Shown: piece by piece, positions 47,777 through 57,107 of the stretch
Layout of the letters: each line of letters starts with the position of its first letter
Numbering within the stretch: the stretch's first letter is position 1
DNA from: Clostridiales bacterium
GTDB lineage: Bacteria; Bacillota; Desulfotomaculia; Desulfotomaculales; VENG01
Direction: 5' to 3'
Length of the DNA stretch: 64,000 bases
NCBI GenBank assembly: GCA_016278505.1
Contig: JADQBQ010000002.1
Location: 1,123 to 65,122, forward strand
The notes under the pieces: model-generated
The model's input: only the letters and a program-made list of their open reading frames with translations
Told to the model about the DNA's origin: nothing
The model's database searches: none
Made by a program: the position numbers and the translations under genes

Positions 47777-49015
47777 TTAATCAACACTCTTAAATATCAG
47801 ACTAACATTATGTCCGCCAAAACCAAAGGAATTAGAGATTGCTGCGCGAACGTGCATATCCCTAGAGTGATTCGGAACATAATCCAAATCGCACTCCGGG
47901 TCGGGGGTATTATAATTGATAGTCGGTGGGATTTGCCCATGTTTAATAGCCATCACACAAGCCACACCCTCTATAGCTCCGGCAGCTCCCAATAAATGGC
48001 CGGTCATCGATTTGGTAGAACTCACCGCCAACTTGTGCGCGTGTTCCTGGAATACCTCATGAATAGCAAGTGTTTCTGCTTTGTCACCAGGAGCAGTGGA
48101 AGTACCATGGGCATTCACATAATCTATCTCTTCCGGCTTCATTTGTGCATCTTTAAGGGCCATTTGCATGGCTAACACGGCACCTTTACCTTCAGGATCC
48201 GGGGCCGATATATGATAAGCATCGCAGGTACTGCCATACCCACAAATTTCAGCGTAAATATGGGCTCCCCGCCGTTGGGCGTGCTCCAGTGTTTCTAAAA
48301 CCAATGTTGCTGCCCCTTCCCCAATTACAAAACCATCTCTTTCTTTGTCAAACGGACGACTTGCATGTTCCGGCTCATCATTACGGGTAGACATTGCTTT
48401 CATGGAGCAAAAACCGGCAATGGCCAGTGGTGTTATAGGTGCCTCAGCCCCACCTGTGATGGCCACATCTGCCTGTCCTCTCTGCAATAACTTAAAGGAA
48501 TCCCCGATGGCGTTATTAGCCGATGCACAGGCGCTGGTAGTGGTAAGGTTAGGACCACGCAGGCCAAAATTAATTGCAATTTGTCCGGCAGCCATGTTGG
48601 AAATCATCATGGGTATAAAAAAGGGGCTCACCCTTCCCGGTCCACGACTCAAAAGGGTTTCTTTTTGATTTTCCAGGGTTTCCAGGCCACCAATGCCAGA
48701 ACCCATAATTACAGCTACACCGTCCCTGTCTGTTTTTTCCAAATCAATCTCAGCATGGCTCAGGGCCATGCCTGCCGATGCCAACGCAAATTGAGAAAAC
48801 TTGTCCATTCGCCTGGCTGCTTTACGATCCATATAATCTTCCGCTTTGAAATCCTTTATTTCTCCAGCTATACGGGTACTAAAGTCTGCGGCATCGAACC
48901 TGGCGATAGGACCAATTCCTGAAACACCATCAATCAGGTTGGACCAAAACCTTTCCAGCCCCGTCCCCACTGGCGTTACCACGCCCAGTCCCGTAATAAC
49001 AACCCGTTTATGCAT
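47777..49015 (-). CDS. fabF: 3-oxoacyl-ACP synthase II
   Basis: [39 protein letters not shown]. Confidence 0.97.
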   Translation of the reverse strand: MHKRVVITGLGVVTPVGTGLERFWSNLIDGVSGIGPIARFDAADFSTRIAGEIKDFKAEDYMDRKAARRMDKFSQFALASAGMALSHAEIDLEKTDRDGVAVIMGSGIGGLETLENQKETLLSRGPGRVSPFFIPMMISNMAAGQIAINFGLRGPNLTTTSACASANNAIGDSFKLLQRGQADVAITGGAEAPITPLAIAGFCSMKAMSTRNDEPEHASRPFDKERDGFVIGEGAATLVLETLEHAQRRGAHIYAEICGYGSTCDAYHISAPDPEGKGAVLAMQMALKDAQMKPEEIDYVNAHGTSTAPGDKAETLAIHEVFQEHAHKLAVSSTKSMTGHLLGAAGAIEGVACVMAIKHGQIPPTINYNTPDPECDLDYVPNHSRDMHVRAAISNSFGFGGHNVSLIFKSVD

Positions 49016-49142
49016 TTTCTCACTCCGTTTTTTTCTTTATATCTTTTCGTAGTTTCTCCGGTTTCACTGCCCAAGATCTGTTATGCGTCCCGGCATGGTA
49101 ATCACAAGCCGGGACAGTCAACCCCACATGACCGGCCGTACA

Positions 49143-49373
49143 TTACTGGTGATCTTTAATATACTGTACAGCCTCTCCCACAGTACGAATCTTTTCGGCA
49201 TCCTCATCAGGAATTTGCAGATCGAATTCTTCCTCTAAAGCCATAACCAATTCCACAATATCCAAGGAATCGGCCCCCAAGTCTTCTGTAAAAGATGCTT
49301 CTACTTTTACCTCTGCCGCATCCACACCCAACTGCTCTACAATAATTTCCTTAATTCTCTCAATTTCACTCAT
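49143..49373 (-). CDS. acpP: Acyl carrier protein
   Basis: [14 protein letters not shown]; ATG 49373 after GGAGG. Confidence 0.97.
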   Translation of the reverse strand: MSEIERIKEIIVEQLGVDAAEVKVEASFTEDLGADSLDIVELVMALEEEFDLQIPDEDAEKIRTVGEAVQYIKDHQ

Positions 49374-49423
49374 TTTTTTACCTCCCTGCACGTTTTAATT
49401 GAAAACATTAATTCCTTGCTAAA

Positions 49424-50167
49424 TTACATACTCATGCCACCATCTACTGCCAATACCTGCCCGTTAATATAACCGGCACCTTCACTGGCTAAAAAGGAAA
49501 CTATAGATGCAACATCTTCAGGGGTGCCCAGGCGGTTTGCGGGGACCTGCTTGAGCATCTCCCGCTCCTTTTCCTGCGACAACTGAGCTGTCATCTCAGT
49601 AGCAATAAAGCCCGGGGCAACAGCATTAACAGTGATATTTCTGGAACCCAGTTCCCGCGCCAGTGATTTAGTCATACCTAAAAGTCCTGCTTTCGCCGCA
49701 CAATAGTTAGCCTGCCCCGGATTACCAATTATTCCTACCACTGAAGAAATATTTATTATACGTCCCCACCGGGCCTTTAGCATTTGCCGGGAAAATTTCT
49801 TGGCGCACAAAAACGCTCCCTTAAGATTTACCTGCATTACAGCATCCCAATCCTCTTCTTTCATACGCAATATCAAATTATCACGGGTTATACCCGCATT
49901 GTTAACGAGAATGTCTACTTTACCGAGAGACGCTGTTATTTCTTTAGCCATGCCATCAACAAAGCCGGGATCGGCTACATTTCCTTGTACAATCACCGCC
50001 CGTCTGCCCATAGCTTCAATTTCCTGCTTAACTTCTTCTGCCTCCACAATTCTGGAAGCGCAATTTATTGCCACGTGGGCGCCCTGCCGGGCTAATTCCA
50101 TGGCTATAGCTCTGCCAATACCTCGGGACGAACCAGTAACCAATGCTACTTTATTATTTACCCTCAT
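49424..50167 (-). CDS. fabG: 3-oxoacyl-ACP reductase
   Basis: TGSSRGIG, NNAGITRD, YCAAK, VDGG. Confidence 0.96.
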   Translation of the reverse strand: MRVNNKVALVTGSSRGIGRAIAMELARQGAHVAINCASRIVEAEEVKQEIEAMGRRAVIVQGNVADPGFVDGMAKEITASLGKVDILVNNAGITRDNLILRMKEEDWDAVMQVNLKGAFLCAKKFSRQMLKARWGRIINISSVVGIIGNPGQANYCAAKAGLLGMTKSLARELGSRNITVNAVAPGFIATEMTAQLSQEKEREMLKQVPANRLGTPEDVASIVSFLASEGAGYINGQVLAVDGGMSM

Positions 50168-50170
50168 TTA

Positions 50171-51109
50171 TTAAATAACCTCCTTTACCCGCAACATAAT
50201 TGATTCCAACTCCGAACCGGTGTCGGTACAGAATGTAGTTATCTGGCGGTTAATCTTGCGGGTAAGGCCTGTTAACACTTTGTTTGGCCCAACTTCAAAA
50301 AATACCTGGTAGTCGTCACTTAGTAATCTTTCCACTGACTCCTGCCAGCGTACCGGGCTGTAAACTTGATCCTTCAGGGCCTTTCCTATTTCGGCTCTGG
50401 AGTGCACATAATCTGCGCTTACATTTGCTACCACCGGAATCTCAGGGTCATTTATGGACAATCCATCCAATTCCCCCGCCAAACGATCCCCGGCCGGGCG
50501 CATAAGACTGCTGTGGAAAGGAGCGCTTACAGGAAGTTTCATACAGCGCTTTGCCCCCCATTCTCTTGCTAGGCTACATGCTTCATCAAGTGCTTCATTT
50601 TCACCGGCAATTACTACCTGACCGGGGCAATTTAGGTTTACTGCCTCCACAACACCTTGGGAAGATGCTTTTAAACACAACTCCTGTACAGCTTTGACAT
50701 CCAAACCCATTACCGCAGCCATACCCCCGCGGCCTAAGGCCACAGCTTCTTGCATAAACAGCCCTCTCTTGCGAACCAGTTGAACAGCATCCTCAAAATC
50801 AATGCTGCCGGCAGCAACAAGGGCAGAGTATTCTCCCAAGCTATGCCCTGCTGCTGCATGTGCTTTTAAGCCCAATTCATTTATTACCTGAAGGTAAGCA
50901 ACACTGACTGTAAGGATTGCCGGTTGGGCGTTGACAGTCTTGGCCAACTCATCTTCGGGACCCTCAAAACACATGCCGCTCAGATTTATTCCCAGGCGGG
51001 CATCTGCACGTTCAAAGATCTCTCTTGCCCGGGGATACATATCATAAATATTTCGCCCCATACCAACATACTGAGAACCCTGCCCCGGAAAAACTAAAGC
51101 CAGCTTCAT
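50171..51109 (-). CDS. fabD: Malonyl-CoA:ACP transacylase
   Basis: FPGQGSQ, GHSLGEY, VSAPFHS. Confidence 0.96.
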   Translation of the reverse strand: MKLALVFPGQGSQYVGMGRNIYDMYPRAREIFERADARLGINLSGMCFEGPEDELAKTVNAQPAILTVSVAYLQVINELGLKAHAAAGHSLGEYSALVAAGSIDFEDAVQLVRKRGLFMQEAVALGRGGMAAVMGLDVKAVQELCLKASSQGVVEAVNLNCPGQVVIAGENEALDEACSLAREWGAKRCMKLPVSAPFHSSLMRPAGDRLAGELDGLSINDPEIPVVANVSADYVHSRAEIGKALKDQVYSPVRWQESVERLLSDDYQVFFEVGPNKVLTGLTRKINRQITTFCTDTGSELESIMLRVKEVI

Positions 51110-52056
51110 TATTCTTTCACCGCCCGTTTTTCCAATTGGTTTATTATATGCCGGGCCTCATCTACAATTTGCTTAATTATTTCGCCTGCAGGTTGTATTT
51201 CTTTAATCATAGCACAAACCTGTCCGGCCATGACCGAACCATATTCCACATCACCATCAACCATAGCACTGCGCAGGCGTCCCACACCCAGTTTTTCAAT
51301 CTCCTCCGGAGCGGCACATTTCTTTTCTAATTCCTCAAACTGCCTGCTTAGTTTATTCTTTAATACCCTTACCGGGTGCCCCGTGGACACACCTGTCACC
51401 ACTGTATCCCTATCCTTGGCTTTCACAAGACATTCTTTCACTTTAGGGTGAATGGCACATTCTTGGGCAGACATAAACCTGGTGCCCATTTGCACCCCTT
51501 GTGCTCCCAGAGCCATAGCAGCAACCATTCCCTTTCCGTCATATATACCCCCGGCGGCGATAACAGGAACTTCTACTGCCTCAACAACCTGTGGCACTAA
51601 CGGGAGTGTGCCCAGATCACCCACATGACCTCCGGATTCACGACCCTCGGCAATCAGTGCGTCAATACCACTGCGCACTAAACGACGAGCCAGTGCAACA
51701 GAGGCCACCACGGGAATTACTTTGCACCCTACATCCTGAAGCGGTTTTACATACTTGCCGGGATTACCGGCGCCGGTGGTAACTACATGCACCTTTTCCT
51801 CAATTAAAACATTTATAATATCATCAACATACGGTGACATCAACATAACATTAACGCCGAAGGGTTTATCCGTCAGTAGTTTAGCCTGCCGTATTTGTTC
51901 CTGAACATACTCCGGCGGGGCCTGACCAGCCCCGATTATACCTAATCCGCCGGCATTACTTACTGCCGCAACTAAAGGGGCCGTGGAAACCCAGGCCATA
52001 CCTCCCTGAACAATCGGATAATTTATATTTAACAAATCGCAAATAGATGTCCGGAT
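51109..52056 (-). CDS. fabK: Enoyl-ACP reductase FabK (start uncertain: ATC 52056 or ATG 52080)
   Basis: PIVQGGMAW, EG.ESGGHVG, AAGGI.DG, QMGTRF; located in the fab operon. Confidence 0.92.
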   Translation of the reverse strand: MRTSICDLLNINYPIVQGGMAWVSTAPLVAAVSNAGGLGIIGAGQAPPEYVQEQIRQAKLLTDKPFGVNVMLMSPYVDDIINVLIEEKVHVVTTGAGNPGKYVKPLQDVGCKVIPVVASVALARRLVRSGIDALIAEGRESGGHVGDLGTLPLVPQVVEAVEVPVIAAGGIYDGKGMVAAMALGAQGVQMGTRFMSAQECAIHPKVKECLVKAKDRDTVVTGVSTGHPVRVLKNKLSRQFEELEKKCAAPEEIEKLGVGRLRSAMVDGDVEYGSVMAGQVCAMIKEIQPAGEIIKQIVDEARHIINQLEKRAVKE

Positions 52057-52084
52057 ATTACCCCTCCTCCCTCTGTTCATAAAC

Positions 52085-53089
52085 CTACTGTTTTTGGTAC
52101 CATTTCACGGCCAGGCCGGCCCACGTCAGTCCGGCACCAAAACCAACCATGATTATATTTTGACCGTCTTTTATTTTCTTCTGCTTTACAGCCTCGTATA
52201 GTGCAATTGGTATAGAGGCCGTGGAAGTGTTACCAAACCGATCTACATTTACCAGCACCCTATTCATGTTAATTCCTACCCGGCGTGCGGCTGTTTCAAT
52301 AATTCGGATATTAGCCTGATGGGGAATAAAAAAGTTTATATCTTCAGGCGTTAAGCCTGCCATCGATATCACTTCCATGGCCCCTTCACCCATGGCACGA
52401 ACGGCGAACCGAAAAACCTCTCTGCCATTCATAGTCACATAATGAAGGTTCTCCTGTATTGTGGCTTCAGACGCCGGCAGGCGGGAACCACCGGCCGGTA
52501 CTTTCAGATGCTTTCCGCCGCTACCATCAGAGCCAAGCCGTGTAGAAAGGATACCTCTATTATCGGGGACCCTTTCCAGGACTGCCGCCCCGGCACCATC
52601 TCCAAAAAGAACACAAGTGTTTCTGTCCTTCCAGTTAATTATTTTAGAAAGCGTTTCAGCACCGATAATAAGGACTGTCTCAAATGTGCCTGACGCAATA
52701 TACTGATGACCCACGGATAGGGCGTAAAGAAAGCCTGTGCAACCGGCCAACAAATCAAAGGCACCAGCATTTGCCGCTCCCAACCTGTCCTGAACCATGC
52801 AGGCGGTAGCGGGCATTAGCATGTCCGGAGTATTAGTAGCCACTATAATCAGATCTACACTCTCCGGCCTTAACCCGGCGTTTTTTAGCGCCTCGCCAGC
52901 GGCATCAACCGCTAAATCAGAAGCAGCTTGATCTGGACCGGCAATTCTTCTCTCTTTGATCCCTGTTCTAGTTCGGATCCATTCATCCGAAGTATCTACC
53001 ATCTGTTGTAAGTCCAAATTGGTTAAGACTTTATCTGGTACAGCCACCCCCAGGCCGGTGATGCCCGCCCTGTAAGTAGATTTAGGCAT
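52085..53089 (-). CDS. fabH: 3-oxoacyl-ACP synthase III
   Basis: DTSDEWIRTRTGI, AGCTGF, FGDGAGA, PHQANIRI, GNTSTAS. Confidence 0.96.
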   Translation of the reverse strand: MPKSTYRAGITGLGVAVPDKVLTNLDLQQMVDTSDEWIRTRTGIKERRIAGPDQAASDLAVDAAGEALKNAGLRPESVDLIIVATNTPDMLMPATACMVQDRLGAANAGAFDLLAGCTGFLYALSVGHQYIASGTFETVLIIGAETLSKIINWKDRNTCVLFGDGAGAAVLERVPDNRGILSTRLGSDGSGGKHLKVPAGGSRLPASEATIQENLHYVTMNGREVFRFAVRAMGEGAMEVISMAGLTPEDINFFIPHQANIRIIETAARRVGINMNRVLVNVDRFGNTSTASIPIALYEAVKQKKIKDGQNIIMVGFGAGLTWAGLAVKWYQKQ

Positions 53090-54104
53090 TACCGTAATTC
53101 ACCTCCCGGCCTGCTGTATCGGCGACTCCGCTATGAATAGCGGATACGATATCCTTTTCTGCAGAATCTCTTGCCATTCGAATGGCATGTTTAATGGCTG
53201 TTGAATTCGAACTTCCATGCGCTATAATGGTTATTCCATTCACCCCTAATAGCGGGGCACCCCCATATTCTGAGTAATCCATTTTACGTTTTATCTCCTT
53301 CAATACCGGTATGGTCAAAATTGCTCCCAACCTGGCCCTCATGCTCTTGGCGACCTCTTCCTTGATTGCGCCCATTAAGGTTGCAGCAAGTCCTTCACCG
53401 GTTTTCAAAACAACATTTCCCACAAAACCGTCGCATACAATTACATCGGCAACGCCACTAAACACATCCCGTCCTTCAACATTCCCGATAAAATTAACGT
53501 TTGAAGCTTTTAACAGGGGATAGGTACCAAGTGTTAGTTCATTTCCTTTTGTTTCCTCTTCTCCTATATTTAAGAGCCCTACGGCAGGGTTTTCAACCCC
53601 CAGTATGAGCTTAGAATACAAAGAACCCATAATACCAAACTGCAGTAAATGCTTGGGACTGCAATCTGAATTTGCCCCTGCGTCTAACAACAATGTACAC
53701 CGGGTGCGGTTAGGTAAAAGAGTAGCTATAGCCGGCCGGCCGATACTTTTAATCCTGCCCAAGTAAAGCAATGAGGCCGCCATTACAGCTCCTGTACTGC
53801 CAGCTGAGACCATTGCTTGGGCTTTCCCGCCTTTCATTAACTCCACAGCTTTTACGATCGAAGAGTTGCGCTTGCGCCGCACTGCTACTGCAGGTGACTC
53901 GTGCATTCCAATGATTTCAGGTGCATGTTCCACTGTTACATCTTCAGCGCTCAGCGCTTTCAATTCTTTTACTATTATATTTTCGTCTCCTATTAAACTC
54001 ACTTCTATCCCCAGTTCCCGATGTGCACGCACCGCCCCAAGGACAATCTCACGGGGGGCAAAATCCCCACCCATGGCATCAACGACAATATTCACCGATG
54101 CCAA
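53082..54104 (-). CDS. plsX: Phosphate acyltransferase PlsX
   Basis: VDAMGGDFAP, SAGSTGA, NIGEEETKG, DGFVGNV.LK, GGAPLLGV. Confidence 0.96.
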   Translation of the reverse strand: MASVNIVVDAMGGDFAPREIVLGAVRAHRELGIEVSLIGDENIIVKELKALSAEDVTVEHAPEIIGMHESPAVAVRRKRNSSIVKAVELMKGGKAQAMVSAGSTGAVMAASLLYLGRIKSIGRPAIATLLPNRTRCTLLLDAGANSDCSPKHLLQFGIMGSLYSKLILGVENPAVGLLNIGEEETKGNELTLGTYPLLKASNVNFIGNVEGRDVFSGVADVIVCDGFVGNVVLKTGEGLAATLMGAIKEEVAKSMRARLGAILTIPVLKEIKRKMDYSEYGGAPLLGVNGITIIAHGSSNSTAIKHAIRMARDSAEKDIVSAIHSGVADTAGREVNYGNA

Positions 54105-54667
54105 ACCTCCTCTGCTATAGCAAAAATCAGAAACTTTCCCTCAAAAACGATTTCTTCGCCTACTCGCGAGGAAACCCTTACCATGTATTTATTTCCTTTT
54201 TTTCTGGTAATAGTCGCCCGGGCAACCACATTTTCGCTTTCGTATACTGGACGTTTAAAACTAATCTTAGATGTCCCGGTTAGCGCAACTTCGGTGTCAA
54301 TAAGAGCTACAGCCAGAGAATTTGCTTGGGCAAAAATCAAGTGCCCCCTTGCTACTCGCGTTTTTTGTAAAGTCATATTATCAGTTACATTTAAAATGGA
54401 AACCCCGTAACTACCCACTTCTACATCCACCAGCTCCCCAACCAATTCTTCCCGGTCAAGAGAACGGACATGCGTATAAACCTTTTGAGCTACCTCTTTT
54501 AGACGTTTACGCATCTCCGGGATACCCTTTTCGGAACGGTCGAGACGAACAGTCTGAATACTAACACCAAGGGTATGTGCTAAATCTTCATCTGTTAAAA
54601 AGGGATTCCCTTCGATATATTTTTGTAAAAGTCTTTGCCTAGTCACCTTTGACAATGCGTTTTTCAA
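54092..54667 (-). CDS. fapR: Fatty acid biosynthesis repressor FapR
   Basis: NPFLTDEDLA...VSIQTVRLDR, ARGH.IFAQANSLAVA. Confidence 0.95.
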   Translation of the reverse strand: MKNALSKVTRQRLLQKYIEGNPFLTDEDLAHTLGVSIQTVRLDRSEKGIPEMRKRLKEVAQKVYTHVRSLDREELVGELVDVEVGSYGVSILNVTDNMTLQKTRVARGHLIFAQANSLAVALIDTEVALTGTSKISFKRPVYESENVVARATITRKKGNKYMVRVSSRVGEEIVFEGKFLIFAIAEEVWHR

Positions 54668-54688
54668 ACCAACTCACCTAATATCATA

Positions 54689-54705
54689 TTAGTACCAGGT
54701 ACTAA
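54689..54705. promoter_or_regulatory. FapR operator
   Basis: TTAGTACCAGGTACTAA, a 17-bp palindrome matching the B. subtilis FapR box, just upstream of fapR. Confidence 0.88.
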
Positions 54706-54833
54706 AGTGTAGTATAAATCACGTTGGAAAAAAAAGCAATAAAAAAGTGAGTTTAAATAAGTTCCCTTATAGTCATTAATAATAATAAAAAATAAGCCCC
54801 GAAAATTCGGAACTTATTTGGATAAATTACCTT

Positions 54834-55007
54834 TTATTTGGCTACAACCTCTGTCCCTTTATAATAACCGCATTCGGGACATACACGGTGAGATACCGTA
54901 AAGGCATGGCATTGCGTACATTTTACCAACTTAGGCGCCGTCAACTTTTGAGTTGCCCTGCGCTGGCGGTTACGCTGCTTACCCCTTTTCCTCTTGGGAA
55001 CCCCCAT
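54834..55007 (-). CDS. rpmF: 50S ribosomal protein L32 (zinc-binding form; below the ORF-track cutoff)
   Basis: Hand translation MGVPKRKRGKQRNRQRRA...CTQC...HRVCPECGYYKG, 57 aa. Confidence 0.96.
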   Translation of the reverse strand: MGVPKRKRGKQRNRQRRATQKLTAPKLVKCTQCHAFTVSHRVCPECGYYKGTEVVAK

Positions 55008-55533
55008 TATTCTCCCCCCTTTTCAACAATTCCTTCAATTTTGCCATTCTTGGATCTACAATCTCCTCACGGCAATCACATTCCTTAACATTCCGGTTGC
55101 ATCCACACTGAGGGCATAGGCCTTTACATTGTTCACCACAAAGCGCCCGTATAGGCATGGCTAGAATAATGGCTTTCAAAACCTCAGGCTGAATGTCAAT
55201 CTCATCTCCAGAATAAGGAACATAGTCGTCCCCCTCCTCTGCATTCTGAGAGAGCCCTTTCTCCTTGTCATAATAGGTTTCAAACAGATCGGCATGGACG
55301 GGATATTTGAAGGACGCAAGGCATCTTGCGCATTGTGTGTTGACACTGGTATCAATTGTTCCGGTAACAAGCAAACACAATCCGGTATTTGTTATGTCAA
55401 CATGGATATCAGTAGTCCCGGCAAAAGATACTTGACCTTCACTACTGTCTAACTCCGGTAGACTAACATCCAAGTCATAATGATCTTGCCTGCCTCTTTC
55501 TTCTTTTAAACCCTTAACGTTAAGCCTGATCAT
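54979..55533 (-). CDS. yceD: YceD/DUF177 protein
   Basis: CARCL, LC.EQCKGLCPQCG, DPR; upstream of rpmF and overlapping it by 29 nt. Confidence 0.9.
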   Translation of the reverse strand: MIRLNVKGLKEERGRQDHYDLDVSLPELDSSEGQVSFAGTTDIHVDITNTGLCLLVTGTIDTSVNTQCARCLASFKYPVHADLFETYYDKEKGLSQNAEEGDDYVPYSGDEIDIQPEVLKAIILAMPIRALCGEQCKGLCPQCGCNRNVKECDCREEIVDPRMAKLKELLKRGENNGGSQEEKG

Positions 55534-55559
55534 ATTATCCCTCCGATATAACAAATTCA

Positions 55560-55588
55560 ATTATATAAACAGTTCTATCCATTGTCAA
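55560..55588 (-). promoter_or_regulatory. Sigma-A promoter of yceD-rpmF
   Basis: Consensus TTGACA-17-TATAAT. Confidence 0.85.
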
Positions 55589-55620
55589 GGATTGGACTTG
55601 TACAGGTTATTCTGTCGGCA

Positions 55621-55651
55621 GTCATTTTCCATCCCCTTAAATTCATATATT
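55621..55651 (+). promoter_or_regulatory. Sigma-E-like (mother-cell) promoter of ylbJ
   Basis: GTCATTTT...CATATATT; ylbJ is a sigma-E gene in B. subtilis. Confidence 0.6.
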
Positions 55652-55686
55652 TCAAAGAATAGTGAGAAGGGACTGAAATACTCTCC

Positions 55687-56985
55687 ATGACGTTCATTTT
55701 GATGTTAATAGTGGCTATACTTATACTAATGTTTCGGATAAGTTTCGCTCAGACATTGTACCCGCATAAAGACACGCTAACAAGGGTTCTATTAGGAGTC
55801 ACAGTGGTAAGTTTCATTATCATCATGATAACTCACCCCAAAATTATCTTTGCTGGTTCTGTTGCCGGGCTGAATGCATGGTGGAATATTGTTTTCCCCG
55901 CCTTGCTTCCCTTTTTTATTGCATCCGAATTATTAATGAGTTTTGGTATTGTACACTTTATGGGTGTATTACTGGAACCGATGATGCGCCCTCTCTTTAA
56001 TGTCCCGGGAACAGGTTCCTTTGTGATGGCCATAGGTTTCACCAGTGGTTATCCAATTGGTTCCATGGTCACTGCCCGCCTGCGTAGCCAGGGTCTGTGT
56101 TCAAGGGTGGAAGCAGAAAGACTGATGTCATTTACCAACAATTCAAGCCCCCTGTTTATGCTGGTTGCCGTGGCAGTGGGAATGTTCAACAACCCTGCGG
56201 TAGGGCTGGTAATTGCTGGCGCTCATTATACGGCAAACCTTACCTTAGGATTATGTCTTAGATTCTACAGAATAAGCGAAAAAGGAAAATCATTGCCACC
56301 GCGTACCAAAATACACCTGATACCGGCTAAGGCGCTGGAAGAGATGCTAGGCATTGTAAGGCAGGAGAACCGCCCTTTCGGGAAAATAATGGGGGATGCG
56401 GTCAAAAACTCAATAAACAACCTGCTTAATATTGGCGGCTTCATTATTTTGTTTGCGGTTATTATTAACGTGCTCACCGAATTAGGCGTGATTGGATTAA
56501 TTGCCGCAGCTCTTGGTGAAATATTAATCCCGGTAGGTGTATCAGCCGGCGTATTAAGTGCGGTTGCCAGTGGCATCTTTGAAATGACCATGGGTACAAA
56601 ACTAGCAAGCGAGGCTAGTGCTCCTTTACTACAACAATTAGTAGCTGTATCATTCATTCTCGCCTGGAGCGGTTTATCCGTCATCGCACAAGTAGCAAGC
56701 ATGATTGCCCATACCGACATTAGACTTGGACTCTTTATCATTGCGCGCATATTTCATGCTTTTCTAGCTGGTATATATACCGTGTTTTTTTATAATTTAT
56801 TTGAACCTAAAATAAATACCAGTACTGTTTTTAATGCCTACACCCAAACGGGTTTGGGCACTACCCTAATTTTCATGGAGAACAGTCTGTTATTGTTTTT
56901 TGGCATTCTGGCCGTTTTTATAGCTATCTCATTGTTATCATACCTGACTGTTCTTATTTTCCATATTTTTGCACGTAAAATGTAG
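55687..56985 (+). CDS. ylbJ: Sporulation integral membrane protein YlbJ
   Basis: WWNIVFPALLPFFI, MRPLFNVPG, SGYPIG, EAERL, IGGFIILF, SV.AQV. Confidence 0.9.
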   Translation: MTFILMLIVAILILMFRISFAQTLYPHKDTLTRVLLGVTVVSFIIIMITHPKIIFAGSVAGLNAWWNIVFPALLPFFIASELLMSFGIVHFMGVLLEPMMRPLFNVPGTGSFVMAIGFTSGYPIGSMVTARLRSQGLCSRVEAERLMSFTNNSSPLFMLVAVAVGMFNNPAVGLVIAGAHYTANLTLGLCLRFYRISEKGKSLPPRTKIHLIPAKALEEMLGIVRQENRPFGKIMGDAVKNSINNLLNIGGFIILFAVIINVLTELGVIGLIAAALGEILIPVGVSAGVLSAVASGIFEMTMGTKLASEASAPLLQQLVAVSFILAWSGLSVIAQVASMIAHTDIRLGLFIIARIFHAFLAGIYTVFFYNLFEPKINTSTVFNAYTQTGLGTTLIFMENSLLLFFGILAVFIAISLLSYLTVLIFHIFARKM

Positions 56986-57031
56986 GGATATTTTAAAGAT
57001 TAAGCGTCCTTGCAAAAATTAGAACCTTCAT

Positions 57032-57061
57032 GCATTTGTAATTAAAAGCCTGGATACCCTA
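57032..57061 (+). promoter_or_regulatory. Sigma-F/G-like (forespore) promoter
   Basis: GCATT-15-GGATACCCTA, same architecture as the gpr promoter in this window. Confidence 0.45.
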
Positions 57062-57107
57062 ACTTATAGTTTGTAACTACTTTGACCCTACCGGAAGGTG
57101 AATAAAT

